Origin: the human T2T-CHM13v2.0 reference genome, Homo sapiens
Length of the DNA stretch: 64,000 nt
Direction: 5' to 3' (one strand)
Assembly: GCF_009914755.1 (NCBI RefSeq)
Contig: NC_060928.1
The notes beneath the pieces are model-generated. The model was not told where the DNA came from, searched no databases, and saw only the letters and a list, made by a program, of their open reading frames with translations. Numbering within the stretch: the first letter of the stretch is position 1; each line of letters begins with the position of its first letter. Position numbers and translations under genes: made by a program. Positions 45,050 to 64,000 of the stretch are shown here, in pieces.

Positions 45050-46628
45050 TTAAAAGGCAAAAGAAAATTGGAGGAAAATAATTCAACATTTCATAAAGGG
45101 TTAATTTTTATTATATAAAGAGCTTTTCCATACCAATAGGAAAAAATAAACACCCTCCAGAGAAATGGGCAAATGACATGAACAGGCAATTCAAAGAAGA
45201 ATAATTGTTTCATGTAGACAACCTCAACAAATATTTAAAGAAATGGAAATTGAAAAAATGAGTCAGGAAAGTAATCAAAACGAAAATTCCTTGTGTTGGC
45301 AAGGATTAAGGGACCAAGCATTTCACATACTATGTGGTGGGAATGTTATTTTTGGCGAGAGGCTAATTTGGCAACATAAAGCCTTAAAAATACATATATA
45401 CTGTGACTCAGAAATTCTATCTCTAGGAATTTACACTATAGAAATCAACAGAAAAAAGTACCAAAAATGTTCATGGTATTGGTTATGGTATTGCTATTGA
45501 AGTTTGTATGGTATTGCTATGATAAAGTACAGGTATGTTTATGGCATTTCTATAAAATAATTAAAACTGCAAACAATCTAAATGACCATCAATAGGGGCA
45601 GCCATTAAATGGAATACAATGCAGCTGTTAAAAAGATGACACAAACTTCCAGTTAAAGGTCATGGCTGAATGCACATGTTATGTTTACATCTCATCTTTC
45701 CAAAAGTTCAACTGAAATAACAGAAAAATAAATAGGTAAAATTAGAGCTTCACTGAGAACCTGGGAGGAGTGCTACTCACAAACCAGACCCTTCAGAAAC
45801 TTCTGGAAGAGAATAAAACACAGCAAGAGATTTACTGAAAATGTAATGGAAAAAGAAACTTATAACTGCATAAAAACAAAAGCAAGGACCTCCACGAAAA
45901 GTTTCTCAGCAGAATTCCTAAATAACTCTTAGATAAGAAGTATCAACTAAGAGAAACTACAGCAGTTGTGGTTGGTTGAGAAATTAGCCCAAGGGTAACG
46001 TGGCAGCAGTGCCTGCATTCAGAGGAGATGGCACTGGTATTCACATGGATATTGGTGCTGGTATTGGTATTCACATTACTATTGCTATTACTACCACTCT
46101 TCGCTAGATAAAGACCCCAGAAGAGCTCCCTAAAGTGCAAGGCCAGAGACAGCTGGCAGCCCGAGAGCTGACTGACCAAGAGTGGGTGTCCATGCACCCA
46201 AGAGGCCACACGATTAGCGCAAACTCACCCCATCCCAGCCTCTCTTCCTCTTCCTCACACAGTCACCTGAGTGTGTCCCTCTGCCTGCATGCACTCGGTA
46301 CACCATCTATGCAAATGCCTGGGTGAAGGCCTGACCCTTAATGGAGGGAACCCACGGGACAGACACATGTTACGGAGGGAAGGGAAAGATGACTAACATT
46401 TGCTCATTCTGTAAACCTCCACATACTTGTATTTCTTTACCATGAATACATATTCATATTTATATATATATGTTAGTGTGTACTTAAATAATTCACATAT
46501 TTAATTCATATATTTAAATTTAAATATAGATTCAAATCAATATTAATGTAGAATGATATCAAGAGATGTTAAAATAAGAAAGCATAATATAAAATAGCAT
46601 GGCTTTATTTTTGTAGAAAAAAATTGTA

Positions 46629-46915
46629 TTTTTTTTTTGACAGAGTCTCGCTCTGTCACCCAGGCTGGAGTGCAGTGGCGTTATCTCGGCTCACTGCAAG
46701 CTCCGCCTCCTGGGTTCACACCATTTTCCTGCCTCAGCCTCCCTAGTACCTGAGACTACAGGCACCCGCCACCACGCCCAGCTAATTTTTGTGTTTTTAG
46801 TAGAGACGGGGTTTCACCATATTGGCCAGGCTGGTCTTGAACTCCTGACCTCATGATCCACCGCCTCGGCCTCCCAAAGTGCTGGGATTACAGGCATGAG
46901 CCACTGCGCCTGGCC
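46629..46915 (-). mobile_element. Alu (young S/Y-like)
   Basis: Alu consensus; flanking aaaaaattgtatttt duplicated. Confidence 0.92.
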
Positions 46916-47568
46916 TAAAAAATTGTATTTTATAAATATATGTGCTTAGCAAAAAGTGTGGAAAGATAGATACCACAGTTCTGCACAGTGGATAACAAGT
47001 GACTTATTACTATTTTTATTTCTTTTCTGTATCTAAGGAATTTTCTATAATGAGAAATTAATCATGAGTCTTTTTTAGTTCAAAATACAGAGCCATTTAG
47101 AAAGTTAAGTGCTTTAAGTGTGATGCAAGCTGCATCATAAGTTCAAGGGAATTTAGAGCTTTTTTTTTTTTTTCTTCATCAGAGATACAGCTTCAACAAC
47201 CACCAAAAAATGGAGCTGTTCATCATAGCATCAGATACTTCAACACATTTCTGGAAATCAGAAGCCACCTGTCTGGCACAAATCTGAAAAGGAAGATGGG
47301 GTACGGGTGTCCTTTTTGCCTGCACACTGGTGCATGGGTTTCTGGGTGTGAAGCCCCCCTCTTGCTAACTCAGCACTTCATGAGAAGAGAACCCATCTGT
47401 CTTGTTCTCCTGCTATGTTCTCAGAATAAACAGAATAAAACACAACATATCAGTATGAAGTTCCCTCTTGGAAACAGAAAGTGCACAGGCAAACACATAT
47501 GGAGAAAAAACTTCAATAGCAAGGCAGGAAAATGGCGTTTAACAAAGACAGTTGTTTAAACAACTTAC

Positions 47569-47634
47569 AGGATGCTTGGCTGAAAGTCTTCCAGTCACAG
47601 TTCCAGTCTGATTCCATGTAGAGGAAATGGAGCC
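47569..47634 (-). CDS. POLN: POLN coding exon, 66 nt, phase 0-0 ([22 protein letters not shown])
   Basis: aaag acceptor and gtaagt donor; NQT.T.TGRLS..P PolA motif 2. Confidence 0.97.
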
Positions 47635-48225
47635 CTTTATTAGTTAAAAAGAATCAGTGTAAACTCCAGCAATGCTATGTGAAGTTAAGAATGTGGCGGA
47701 GCCTCCACTCACAACATGCAACACTCGCTGCTCCTCCAGAGGCCAACAAGCTGCTGGCCCTAAACTTCCAACCCTGAAATGTCCTTGGGGTTACAAAACT
47801 CCTGACACGTGATCAGGGAAGGCTGAAGAAGGAGGTTTCCCCCTAACCCATGTAGGAACTGCCATAAGACTTTATGTCACTTACAAATCCCATGCATGGG
47901 GAGAGGAAGGGCTGTTGGGCTGTGGGGAGCTTGGTGCGGGCTCGAGGTGGGACTGTGCGTCACAGACAGGTTCTGTCACTTGCTGTGTGAACTTGAACGA
48001 GTCACAGAACATCTCTTGACTGCAGTCTCCTCAAGTCTGAACTAAAACAGTAACATCTTCCTCAAATGAGTCCAGAACAGAGATGCAATCGTGGATGTGA
48101 AAGCAGGTCAGCTAGAGCTTCCTCATAAACAGAGGGTTTCAAGGCATAACATCAACCTATGCTGCCAGGGGACCTAAATGATGCCAATATCATGGCTCAT
48201 AGTTTCAAGAATATTAGATTATTTC

Positions 48226-48542
<317 letters not shown>

Positions 48543-48637
48543 TCATCATTTACTAAAATTACAAAGGTTCTATATGTATCTGAACTCATACAAAAACCAC
48601 AGTCCTAATCACAGTATCTTTTTGTAAAGCTTGTTAC

Positions 48638-48691
48638 CTTTTTCATGCAAGCTAGTAATCCATCTACAAAGGTTGACTTGATCTTGTGAAC
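48638..48691 (-). CDS. POLN: POLN coding exon, 54 nt, phase 0-0 ([18 protein letters not shown])
   Basis: cttag acceptor and AAG|gtaaca donor; KLKSTY.D.L-like PolA motif. Confidence 0.96.
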
Positions 48692-48737
48692 CTAAGGTGG
48701 AAAGACAAGAATAATCATTTTCTTTAAGTCTTAAGTC

Positions 48738-49101
<364 letters not shown>

Positions 49102-49934
49102 TAGATGACTCCGAGAGGCCCTGGAATGACCTTAGGTGGTACCAGGATTAAATAACACTGACCCACAGAGAAAGATGTCATTCCACTCTTTAAAAATAGA
49201 TCTATTAATTCTAGAATCATTCTAGATTTACAGGAAATTTGCAAAGATAAACAGATAAACAAATACCCTGACACAGTGTCTCCTCTGGTGGCCCCTTTAC
49301 ATCGTTGCAGGGAGAAAGGGCCAGGCTGGAGCCAATGTGCTCCCTCACAGCTGCCAGGCCCTCAGGATACAGCAGGCCACAGGCTCAGTGAATACTAGGA
49401 CCTATGCTGTGGGCAGTGGCAAAAGCTATAAACGTGGTTCACAACCAAAAGAGAACTTTGGAAGGAAATGGCAGGTGTGTGAACAGAGAAAGGGAATCAC
49501 CAGGGGAGGGAAGGGGGCCACTCATGAAATCCCTGGCAAATGTAAGTGCAAGATGACACAACACTACTACGGTATGGTCTTGGCAGACCTAGAAGCCAGG
49601 GAGGGGTTGTGGGAGGCTTTGAGACTAGGTACTGCTGGGCGTCTCCTGCACACCGACGACACACAGCCGTGGCATGCCACCTACTTCCGATTCCTCATTG
49701 TCTTCTTCCATTTTGACTCCTGGGGTTCACGAGTGGGGCTGATTGCAGACTTCGGTAAAATCACATGGGGTACAAGTAAACAGTGCCAGTACAAGGTTAA
49801 CCTGACAAAACTCTATTCCCCTGAGAACACTGGGAGGGCTACTTCAGCCATTATGGATTTGTGTTGACAGACACAGGGCCATATGGTTCCCCCTCATCAC
49901 CTTTTACCTTTTACGTACAAAAAAATTAACTTAC

Positions 49935-49991
49935 CTGCCTGTATTCCAAAATTATCTTGGGTAATGGATGAAGGTCTCGCAGAGCATTTAA
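49935..49991 (-). CDS. POLN: POLN coding exon, 57 nt, phase 0-0 (LNALRDLHPLPKIILEYRQ)
   Basis: tttag acceptor and CAG|gtaagt donor; HPLP..ILEYR is a hallmark PolA motif. Confidence 0.97.
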
Positions 49992-51194
49992 CTAAACATG
50001 AAAATAGATACTACCAATGTAATTCGTCCATTTTAACATTTTAAACACGTATTTTCATCTGGAGAAAGTCCTCATAATAAATGGTCTAATTGAGCATATT
50101 TTCCAAAATAAAGATGCATAATAAACTCAAGTTTATCAAGTGTCTTAATCCTAACCCCTTACAAAACCATTCTGATGTCTACATGGGCACTAAAAACACC
50201 TCAGTTAAGCTTGGAAATAAGATTCCTCTTGAGATTTAAGTTAGCGAAATCTAAATCCAGGGTAGGTAAAATAACATGTCAGTGCCTACAAACGTATAGC
50301 TCGATAACTGCATAATTTCAGGGAGGGAGTAATGGATTACGAGTTTAAAAATTAACTTTAAGAATCAAAATATAACATACCTATAGGAAAGTGCAAGAGA
50401 GTAAGAAAAGTTTGTTAATTATCACAAAGTGAGCACAGTTGTTAACCACCACCCACAGCGAGCGACGAAACATTCCAATCTTCCCAGTAGGTACTGGCTC
50501 CTTCCCCAGAGCTAACCACCACCTGGACTTCTACCACAGGTTACCTGTTTCCTGTCGTTGGTCCAATATCATTTTTTGGGGTTCATCAACATATGAAGCA
50601 GTATTTCATTTATTTGCACGGCTGTGTAGTATTCAAGTGCATGAATGTAGAACATTACCCATTCCACCTTTGATGGATATGTGTTTTTTTCCACCTTAGG
50701 GCTATTATGAATAATGCTGGTACAGAGATTTTTGTTAATGTATGTTCACAGTTCTGTGGAATACATACATGAAGAAGGGTGAAACTGCTGCATCAACTTT
50801 AGCAGAGATACTGCCAGTTCTCCAAAGTAAACATACCTGTTTATACCCCTTTCAGCAAAACATAAACATTCAAGCTGATCCACATTTTTGCCAATGTATG
50901 TCATCACTGGTGTTAATTTTAGCTGTTCTGGTAAATGAGAAGTGATCTCTCACTGTAGTTTTAGTTTGTTATCTCCCCAGTGACTAACGCTGTTGGACAC
51001 TATTCATATATTTGACTAATTGTATATCTTCGTTCATTAAGCCCCTGTTCGTGTCTTTTGCTTAGTTAAAAAATTGATTTGTGTGTCTTTTTCTCCTTGG
51101 GTTGTAGAAATTTGTTATTCTGGACAGTTTTTTGGTCTGTTATATTTATTGGAAATATCTTCTCTCCTTCTGTGGCTAGCTTTTTTAACTTTTA

Positions 51195-51516
<322 letters not shown>

Positions 51517-51867
51517 TAATTAGAGATTTTTAATTTGATTGTTGTCCTGTTTATCAAGTTTTCCCTTTATGGTTGATGCATTTGCTGTCCTACATATGAA
51601 TGTTTACCTACCTCAAGGCCTTAAAGATGTCCTCTTGTTATATTTTCTCCAATCTTTACTATTTTGCTTTTGATATTTAGATACACAATTCACCTGGAAT
51701 TTATGTTTGTGTGCTGCATGAAATGGGGGTCAAGATGCACTGGCCCTTTATGTAACAAGCCCTCCTTACTTAATGCTTTGCAGTGATGCCCTGTGAGACA
51801 CACTCTCTCTCCCTCTCTTTCTTTTTGAGACAGGGTCTCTGTCACCCAGGCTCGAGTGCAGTGGTAC

Positions 51868-53618
<1,751 letters not shown>

Positions 53619-54985
53619 TGACCCTCGAGTCAACACCACATGGTATTGCTTAATTAATTCCTAGTAATTCCTATTGCCTTATAAGTAGTCTTGATATTCA
53701 ATAGACTATGTCCTTAAATAGTGATCCCCCGCGCCCAGATTATTTTGGCTCTTTTTAGTGTTTAGTATTTCCACAGAAATCTGAGAATCAATTTTTCAGT
53801 TCCTACCAAAAAAAAAAAAAAAAAAAAAAACTCCTGCCAGGATTTTAATTAAAATTGTCTAGAATCTATAAATCCACTTGGGGGAGAACTGATTATATGA
53901 TTTTGATGTAATAGGTGAACCATTAAATCATAGTGCTCTCTGAATAAAGACTGAGAACACAAGAGTTGTGGCCATAAAACATTAACAGTGGGAGGTATCT
54001 TGCCTCAGTATAATCCAGAATTGCAGTTTTTGTAGAAAAGCTATCCCTAGGTGGGTGAAAGTGCATGGAAATACTTAGCCAAGAAAACAGCTTAAGATCT
54101 TCTAACTCTCCTTATCTTGATGACTTACTCACAAAATAACTTTCTAACCAATAGTCTCCCAGTATATCTTGACTTGAGCAGCCTGAGAACACTGCTCGCA
54201 CTAACCGTGTACAGAGCACTGAGTGCTGGCTGAGGGCCAGAGGTGGAGCGCCATCAGCCACCATGGCTCCGTGGGCTCACCCGCGCTCTGCGCCGGCTGC
54301 AGACACCACATTCGTCTGACCTCCCTTCTCACTCATTTCCCGCTGGTGCCTCTTCTCTCACTGACCTTTAAAGATCACTTTCTCGGAGTTTAACTCTGTG
54401 GTTATCTATGCTGGCTGCGTATCGCAATCAACAGGGAGCTTCAAAAGCAGGCCCATGACTAGGCTCCCCCGCCCAATTCTGACTCGTGGGATCAGCTGTG
54501 GGCCTGGGCATCCGTGTTTTCCAAATCTCCGGGCAGGGCAGAGGACCATTATCCCAGGGCGACTTTAGTAAAAATCAGCTGGCAGCTTCCAAGTGTGGAT
54601 TCCCAGCATGGGACTTGTCTTGAGCCCCGTCCCACAGGCCCAACTGCTGTTTTGTGATACGGCACATCAATGTGTCATATGCACTTCTGTCCTAACATAT
54701 CCAAGGCTGAACACTGGACCTCCCCCTCCATAAACAGTTCCTGTTCCAGTTTTCCCTGAGTAGTGGCTGTATCTATTTGCCCAAGTGCACAACTCAGAAA
54801 ACTCAAAACTACTCCACATGCTGACTTCTGTTCACACTCACATGAACTTATCAGAAGGTCCTTTCTGTTCTAAAAATCCTCTAAAAATCCATCTGCTTTC
54901 CATCTGCTTTGCTCCATTTTCATTGCCATGACCTGGACTGCAGTGACAGCCTACTAATGAGTATCCCCCATTCTCCAACCAGCTA

Positions 54986-56927
<1,942 letters not shown>

Positions 56928-57224
56928 TAAAAATCTACATTCCTCCCCATGGCCTACAAAGCACAGCAGAATTGGGTCCTTGTTCACCTCAACCCCATCC
57001 CTCCCATTCTTCTCAGTCACAAGGCTCCAGCCTCAGCCCCTGAGCAGCCTGAGCCTTTTCCCATTGCAAGGCCTTGTTCTTATTCCTTGCATAGGCACTT
57101 CCTGATCTTCGAGCTTCAGCTTACACATAACTCCTTAGCGTTCTCTCTGGACCACTCAGTCTGGAGTGTGTCACTCTCCCTGTTATTACCTTAATGGCTC
57201 TTATCCTGCTGGATGGTTCTTATA

Positions 57225-57775
57225 ATATCTAATTTTAGGTGTCAACTTGACTGGGTTATGAGATAATGAGACAGCTGGTAAAGCATTATTTCCGGGTGTG
57301 TCTGTGCGAGTGTTTCCAGAGGAGGCTGGCATGTGGGTTGGTGGACTGAGCAGGGAAGACCTGCGTCAATGTGGGCAGGGACTATCCAATCAGCTAGGGG
57401 CCCAGTTAGAATGAAAAACAGAGGAAAGGTGAATTCACTCACTCTTCTGGATCTGGGACACCCTTCTCCTACCTTTGGACACCAGAATTCCAGACTCTCC
57501 CGTGTTTGGACTCTAGTACACACACTGGCGACACTCAGCCTTGGACTCAGAGTTACACCGTCAGCTTCCCTGTCCCAAGGCTTTCAGGCTTGGACTGAGC
57601 CACACTATCAGCTTCCCTGGGTCTCCAGCTTGAAGAAGGCCTATCGTGGGACTTCACAGCACCCCCAACTGCGTGAACCAATGTCCCTAACAAATCCCCT
57701 CTCATATACCTATTATCTGTATCTATATCTGCATATATCCTACCGGTTCTATTTCTCTAGAGAACCCTGTTACAG
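57225..57775 (+). mobile_element. MLT2 (ERVL) solo LTR
   Basis: gtgtcaacttgactgg...ctggtaaagcattatttccgggtgtgtctgtg...tttctctagagaaccctg. Confidence 0.85.
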
Positions 57776-58391
57776 TTCCTCGCTGGAATAGATATTCCAT
57801 GATGATAAAGACCTTTTCCCCACTAAACCATCAACGGTGTCTAACACAGAGCCAGGGCCACAATAGTGTTTGCTGAATAAAACAGGAAGGGCATCTGTCC
57901 TGCTCACGGCTGTATCCCACATACTGGATGCCCAGCAGTGGGTCAGTGCACACACATGACCTGGAGACCCCATCACTTCAGTTAGTCAAGGGGTCGCAGA
58001 AGCAACTCCCAGAAATGATGAGTGGCTGGTCCAGGAATCCTGACCCCAAGGCTGGACCATCTTCCCAGAGTTTGAACTCCTTATGATGTTCTGAGAACAT
58101 GTGACTTCACTGCAGAAAAAAAACACCAAAGCTTCCTTCAGTTCGTTAGGGAGGGACCCTTGTTTCCCACTCATCATGTGCCTGCTGAGGGGAGGGAATT
58201 CCCACTATACCCCAGCAGGAGTGAGTGGACCAGCTAGGTACCACAGGACTCTAAACTACACTGCACAGGTACAAGGGGACATGTGTTCTTCAGCCCACGA
58301 GGAGCATCTGAGAACCCTGAGGTGAGTGTCAAAGAACTGACATTGCATAGACTGTGTTCTCTTATCACACTTCATTTAATTTAGAAATCAA

Positions 58392-58682
<291 letters not shown>

Positions 58683-61453
58683 TTTTTTTTTTAGAAATCA
58701 ATAACAAAAACTATCTGGGAATCCCCCACACATTTGGAAATGTTAAGACACACTTCCAGACAACTCGATGGTCAAAGAATTATAACAGAAATGAGAAAAT
58801 ATGTAGAGTCAAACAATGAGAAAAAAATAATACGTCTCAAAACTTGAAGGGTTCATTAGTGACTTCTTGAGCATCCACTATGTCCCAGGCATTGTACTAA
58901 GCACTGGGAACATCCCAGGAACAAAAGAAAAGTCATGCACTGTTAGGGCTACATGTAGTTGGGGGAGCTGAGCAGCAGCAAATGTGTGTGTGACACAGGG
59001 GATACCATCAGCTGGTTTCCCCGACATCAAACATGGATTCATGGAGGAAAAGGGCAGGGAGGGGACAGGCGCTGGGGTGAGAGGAGCCACAACGCTCACC
59101 AAGGCCTCCAGGAAGGGGAAAGGGAGGATGGAGAGAAGTCATGAGAAGAAATCTGAATCTTGAATTTGGCCACATACCTGGCACAAGCCAATCTTTTCAC
59201 ATGCATGAATGAGCAACTTGACTTCCTCAGTTAAATCAAAGAGTGAGGCTAATATGATTTATGCTCATCATGTCTTTATGGGAGAAAAATGAGCTCCTCG
59301 TGAAAGCTGTTGTCTTAACAAGAGAGCACATCGGCACCAGAAGAGAGTGATGCGTCATTTCTTGCACTGTTAGTTGTCTGGAGAGGGAAGGGAGTTGCAA
59401 AGGGAAGGGCAACAGTGCCAGCTGGTGCCAGGACAGAGGTGAGCTCAGGTGCAGGTGCGGGATGCTCCCTGCTGGAGCTCTGGGGCATGCTGCCCATGTC
59501 CACTGTGTGGTGTTGAGACCCAAGCCTTAGTCTCCACAGCAAGACAGATGCTGCTTCCAGGAACCATCTTATATGACCCAGTGCTCCACGAACACACCAC
59601 AGATGCTGAGTTCAGCACCAGGAGCTGGTTTGGTTCTGGGAACAAACTGAAGTCTTTGATCTGCACAACCTACATTCTAATGGAAAAGCAAACACACACC
59701 TAAGATAAACTTTAGGTAGTGGTGAGTTGTGTGCAGAAAATAACTCAAGGTGAAGAAACAGCTGTGACTTGGGGCCTTACTGTAGTCTGGGTGACCAGAG
59801 GTCTCCTGAACACAATGTTTAAGCTGACAATCAGAAGCAAGCAGGAAAAATTTGTGGCACGAGTCTGGGGACAGAGAAGGAGCTGGCGCACAGAGCTGCA
59901 GGCAGCTCAGCAGGCGCTGGAGTGGGGGGAGAGAGGAGGTGCCGGGCCAGGAAGGCACAGCCAGAGCACGGGCCTGGGGATACGCTCTGCAGCTCAGATT
60001 TGATGCTAAGTGCAATAGAAGCTACTGGAAGTCCTAGGGCAGTAACGTGACTTTTCCAATGCTTTTAAAGGATCACTCTAGGTGTGAAGGATGAGCAGCA
60101 GGGGCAAGAATGGTTGGAGGGATCTAAGTGAGAAAGGTCTATGGTAGAGACGGGGGAATGGGGAAAAGGAGGCATGCTCAGGACCTATTTTGTGGGTAGA
60201 GACCTTGACACTCACTGTGAGAGGAGGCGGAAGGAAAGTCAAGGACGACTCACAGGACTTTTCTCAGAATGGCCGATGCTTACTGGTCTTTTGAGAGCTT
60301 TTACGTCTGGCACGGTCCTAAGTGCTGTTTCACACAGACACATGGACACACACACACGCACACACACTGAAGCCTTACAAGATTCCAGTAGGGAAAGTAC
60401 TATTATTATTTTTCTTTTATAGATCAGGAAACTGAGGCACAGAGCAGTCGAGCAATGTTTTCATGTTGTCCAAACCATGCTGGCCAGTGATGGCTGACCC
60501 CACTGCCCTTGTTCTTACTTACTACTCTGTACTGGCTCCCAAGGACCTGGAAGGAGGACGGGCCCTTCACTAAGGTGGAGAAAGCTTGAAGAAGAAGAGG
60601 ATTTGGAAGAGGGCAGTTTCAAGTCCCTCCAGTGGAGCATCCTCTGTGGGAGTCCATTATTCACCCAGTAACTGTCCATTAAACCAGCAAAGGCCAAGTG
60701 CAGGCACAGTCAACGAGCTCAGGCTCCTTGAGGGCCTGTACTCTAAGACACCCTCACAGGGCGGAGACTGGAGGAACGTGGTGCTGGAGAGGGAATAGGG
60801 CCAGAGGAGACATCTTAGAAGGAAACCTTCCTCTGTTACAAAGTCGAATGCTGGACAGAGCACAGAAAGCACAAACTGGAGCCTCAGAAGCTGGTTCTCA
60901 CCACAGTAACCAATATTCACAATAACATGAATTCACTTATTTACTGACTTCCACTCTGTGTCTTTTCAGTAAAAGCACTCACTGTCTTCTGAATATCGAT
61001 CTATACTCTCCCACTCCAACACAGCACAATCTCACTACTCCTTGTCTTCAAAAAAAATTGATTCCTCTCAAGAGAGGGGTAGGTAAAATTCTCTAAAATA
61101 AATCTGAGGAAAGGAGAAGACTGATGACCCGTTTCTAGTTCCTCTTGGGGACACGAAGCAAAGAGGTTGTGACTGGATTGTCAAGAAATTGGTTTTAAGA
61201 ACAAAACTCCACCAAATTATGCTTTTCAGGAAGTCAAGCCAATTAACTGCTTCTGCAAAAGTGTACTGTCTGCCTCTCTCCCTTGGTCCATAGCGAGAAA
61301 AGCAACCTTGGTGTGGGGAGCCCCTCTTCTGCAGAAACTGCTGCCAGCATGAGGGGACGGCCTGAGAGTCTCGGGTGGGTCTGAAGGTCAGCACACATGT
61401 GGTGCAGACATGCTGTCATTCTAAAAAGAAAAAGGATAACTCTGAAACCTTAC

Positions 61454-61549
61454 CACTGCTTCTGATGTAGACGGGTATTTCTGCAACCCCGTTCTGGGGA
61501 GACTGTTCCTTTGACTCAGCAGGTGCAGCTTTAACTTGCCAAAGAGGAT
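61454..61549 (-). CDS. POLN: POLN coding exon, 96 nt, phase 0-0 ([32 protein letters not shown])
   Basis: AG acceptor and gtaagg donor; in frame with the previous exon; contains the PolA thumb ST..VL motif. Confidence 0.96.
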
Positions 61550-61872
61550 CTTCAACAAAACAAATTAAACATGGTGAGGGAATCTCACATTTGAGAGAAA
61601 CAGAACATTACTATAGCAGAGCCCATGCCAACAGCCAGAGAAGACACACCCAAACAGACATTACAACATGCTTAAATTCTCATTTAGTACTTTTCTACAA
61701 GTTAAAGGCTTTGAAGTAATGAATCTCAATGTGTTCATTACTTGTGAGAGAACATGAAAAACTTACTTTTCAGATAGTTGACATAAAATAATACTTATAA
61801 ATTCAAAATAAATCTCCCTTTAACTCCTGAATAAGAAATACATTTTATGAAAGAACCAAAATTCAGCTTTAC

Positions 61873-61956
61873 CTCTCGAAGCTGGTTATTGCTCGTTATA
61901 AGAAACCGTTCTCCTGCAACAAAATGAGCTTCTTGCTCCAATTCCTTGAGACGAGC
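61873..61956 (-). CDS. POLN: POLN coding exon, 84 nt, phase 0-0 ([28 protein letters not shown])
   Basis: Acceptor tttcag and donor gtaaag on the minus strand. The translation matches human DNA polymerase nu as I recall it and has the PolA thumb-type motif (F.I.S..QL.E.LF continuing into the next exon). Confidence 0.96.
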
Positions 61957-61999
61957 CTGAAAATATGATACACACAATTAATTTCATTCATAGTTTTCA

Positions 62000-62598
<599 letters not shown>

Positions 62599-62897
62599 CT
62601 AGGCTCATAGAAGCATCCTCCCCCAAAGGTAAGAAAACAAACTTAAAGAAGTAAAAATAATGGGAAAGAAAGAATCAATTCTCCAACAATATTAAGACTA
62701 GAAAAGGGATCCAACATCACATAGAACAAGACAGAGGTAGAAAGTATAGGAAACAGGCTTGTATCCAGAATACATCAGGATATCCTATACATCAGTAAGA
62801 AAAAATATAAAAATGGGCAAAAGACTTGAGCAGATCCTTTACAAAAAGAAATTCCTAAAAGCTAATGATGCTATGAAAAGCTAATCGATCCCACTAA

Positions 62898-63361
62898 TGT
62901 GAAATGTGACATACAAAAATGATATCACTCTGGTCCAGAGCTCTAAAGTAGAGTCAGGGAGCCATTCTAAGGACTGCCTGCATGACCTCAAATGCTGAAA
63001 AACAAAAACAAAAACAAAAAACAGGAACTTGAATTGAACCTCTGAACTGGGCTAAACTGCAATGACCACAACATCCTGGAAAACAGCTAGATTTTGCCAG
63101 TGCTGCACCTTCTGAAGAGCGACAACCAATGAGCTCAACGGACTCATGTACTAAGCCAACCGCCTCCAACAATAATTCTTTCACAACAACTGTGTATTCG
63201 CCCTTAGCTTCCTTTTAAAAATCTCAACTCCCCTTCCTCTCTTCAGAACACTTATTGGCCTTTAGCTGAACCTGTGTCTCCTGAATTGCAGTTTCTAAGA
63301 CCCCAGGAATGCCTTGTCTAACTGCTTTGCAGTCTGCTCTTTCACCTCTTCTTGGTTGACA
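62898..63361 (+). mobile_element. Probable ERV1-class solo LTR inside an old L1M 3' end (~62660-64000)
   Basis: TGT...ACA ends; the L1 text is interrupted and resumes (ttagtaatcaggaaaat...atgagatatca). Subfamily not determined. Confidence 0.55.
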
Positions 63362-64000
63362 TTAGTAATCAGGAAAATAGAAACAAAACTCATAATGAGA
63401 TATCATTATAGCCTCACCAAAATGGCTACAATGTAAAAGTCTGATGCACCCAGGGGAAGTGAGGATGTGCAAGAATGGGATCCCGTATGCATTCTCATGG
63501 GTGAGACTCTGGGAAGCCATTGGGCGTTATTGAATAAAACTAAGCAACAGCTTCCCTGTGTCCCAGCAGCACTAGTCACCTCACAGCCCACAGAAACCTG
63601 TGCCCACGGGCACAGGGAATGCACTCAGAGGTACAGCGTGGTTTGTAACGACTGCCACTTGGAAACAACCACACGCCTATCGGCAGTGGGACAGAGACAC
63701 CAAGGGCAGCACAGTCCACAGCGGGAAACTCCACAGCACTGAGTGACACACAGAAACACAGGTGGAGCTGAGATGTAGAAGGCTGGGTAAAAGGCCACAC
63801 GTAAGTCACTGTTTACTTACAGTTCAAAAGCAAAGCTAAACTACATTGCTTAGGCTTTGAAGTGGGAAAGCTAGAAAGAAAAGCAACGATGAAAAGGCTA
63901 CAAAAGTCAGGGTTGCAGTTACTTTTGGCAGCAAGAAAGGGGTTCTGATAGGGAAAGCACACAGGACTCTGGAAAGTCTGTGCTTTGAACCAGGTGATGG

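Noticed and set aside
45943-46209. SN/TN-rich ORF
   Set aside because: Low-complexity GGTATT/ATTACT sequence with no splice or coding support.

Overview
Primate (almost certainly human) genomic DNA lying inside the DNA polymerase nu gene POLN, transcribed on the minus strand. Eight consecutive POLN coding exons (61956 down to 18912) splice in frame with canonical GT-AG sites. They encode the thumb-to-palm part of this A-family polymerase, ARLKELEQE...TGTVTGRLS...[12 protein letters not shown]...TSQW. The introns are dense in repeats: about 35 Alus, a 5'-truncated L1PA3/4 with a target-site duplication (TSD), many old L1M/L2/MIR pieces, a solo LTR12C inserted in an Alu, an MLT2 LTR and an apparently complete LTR-int-LTR MLT1 element. 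The most notable observation is on the plus strand, antisense to and interleaved with POLN exons: about 12 exon-like segments (~10385-31963) with mostly good splice signals and several phase-compatible junctions. Their joined translation carries scattered stops and frameshifts and resembles RGS (regulator of G-protein signalling) domain helices. I read this as a decayed, unprocessed multi-RGS-domain gene nested in POLN. That family assignment is a by-eye inference and needs profile and synteny searches. Repeat boundaries are approximate.
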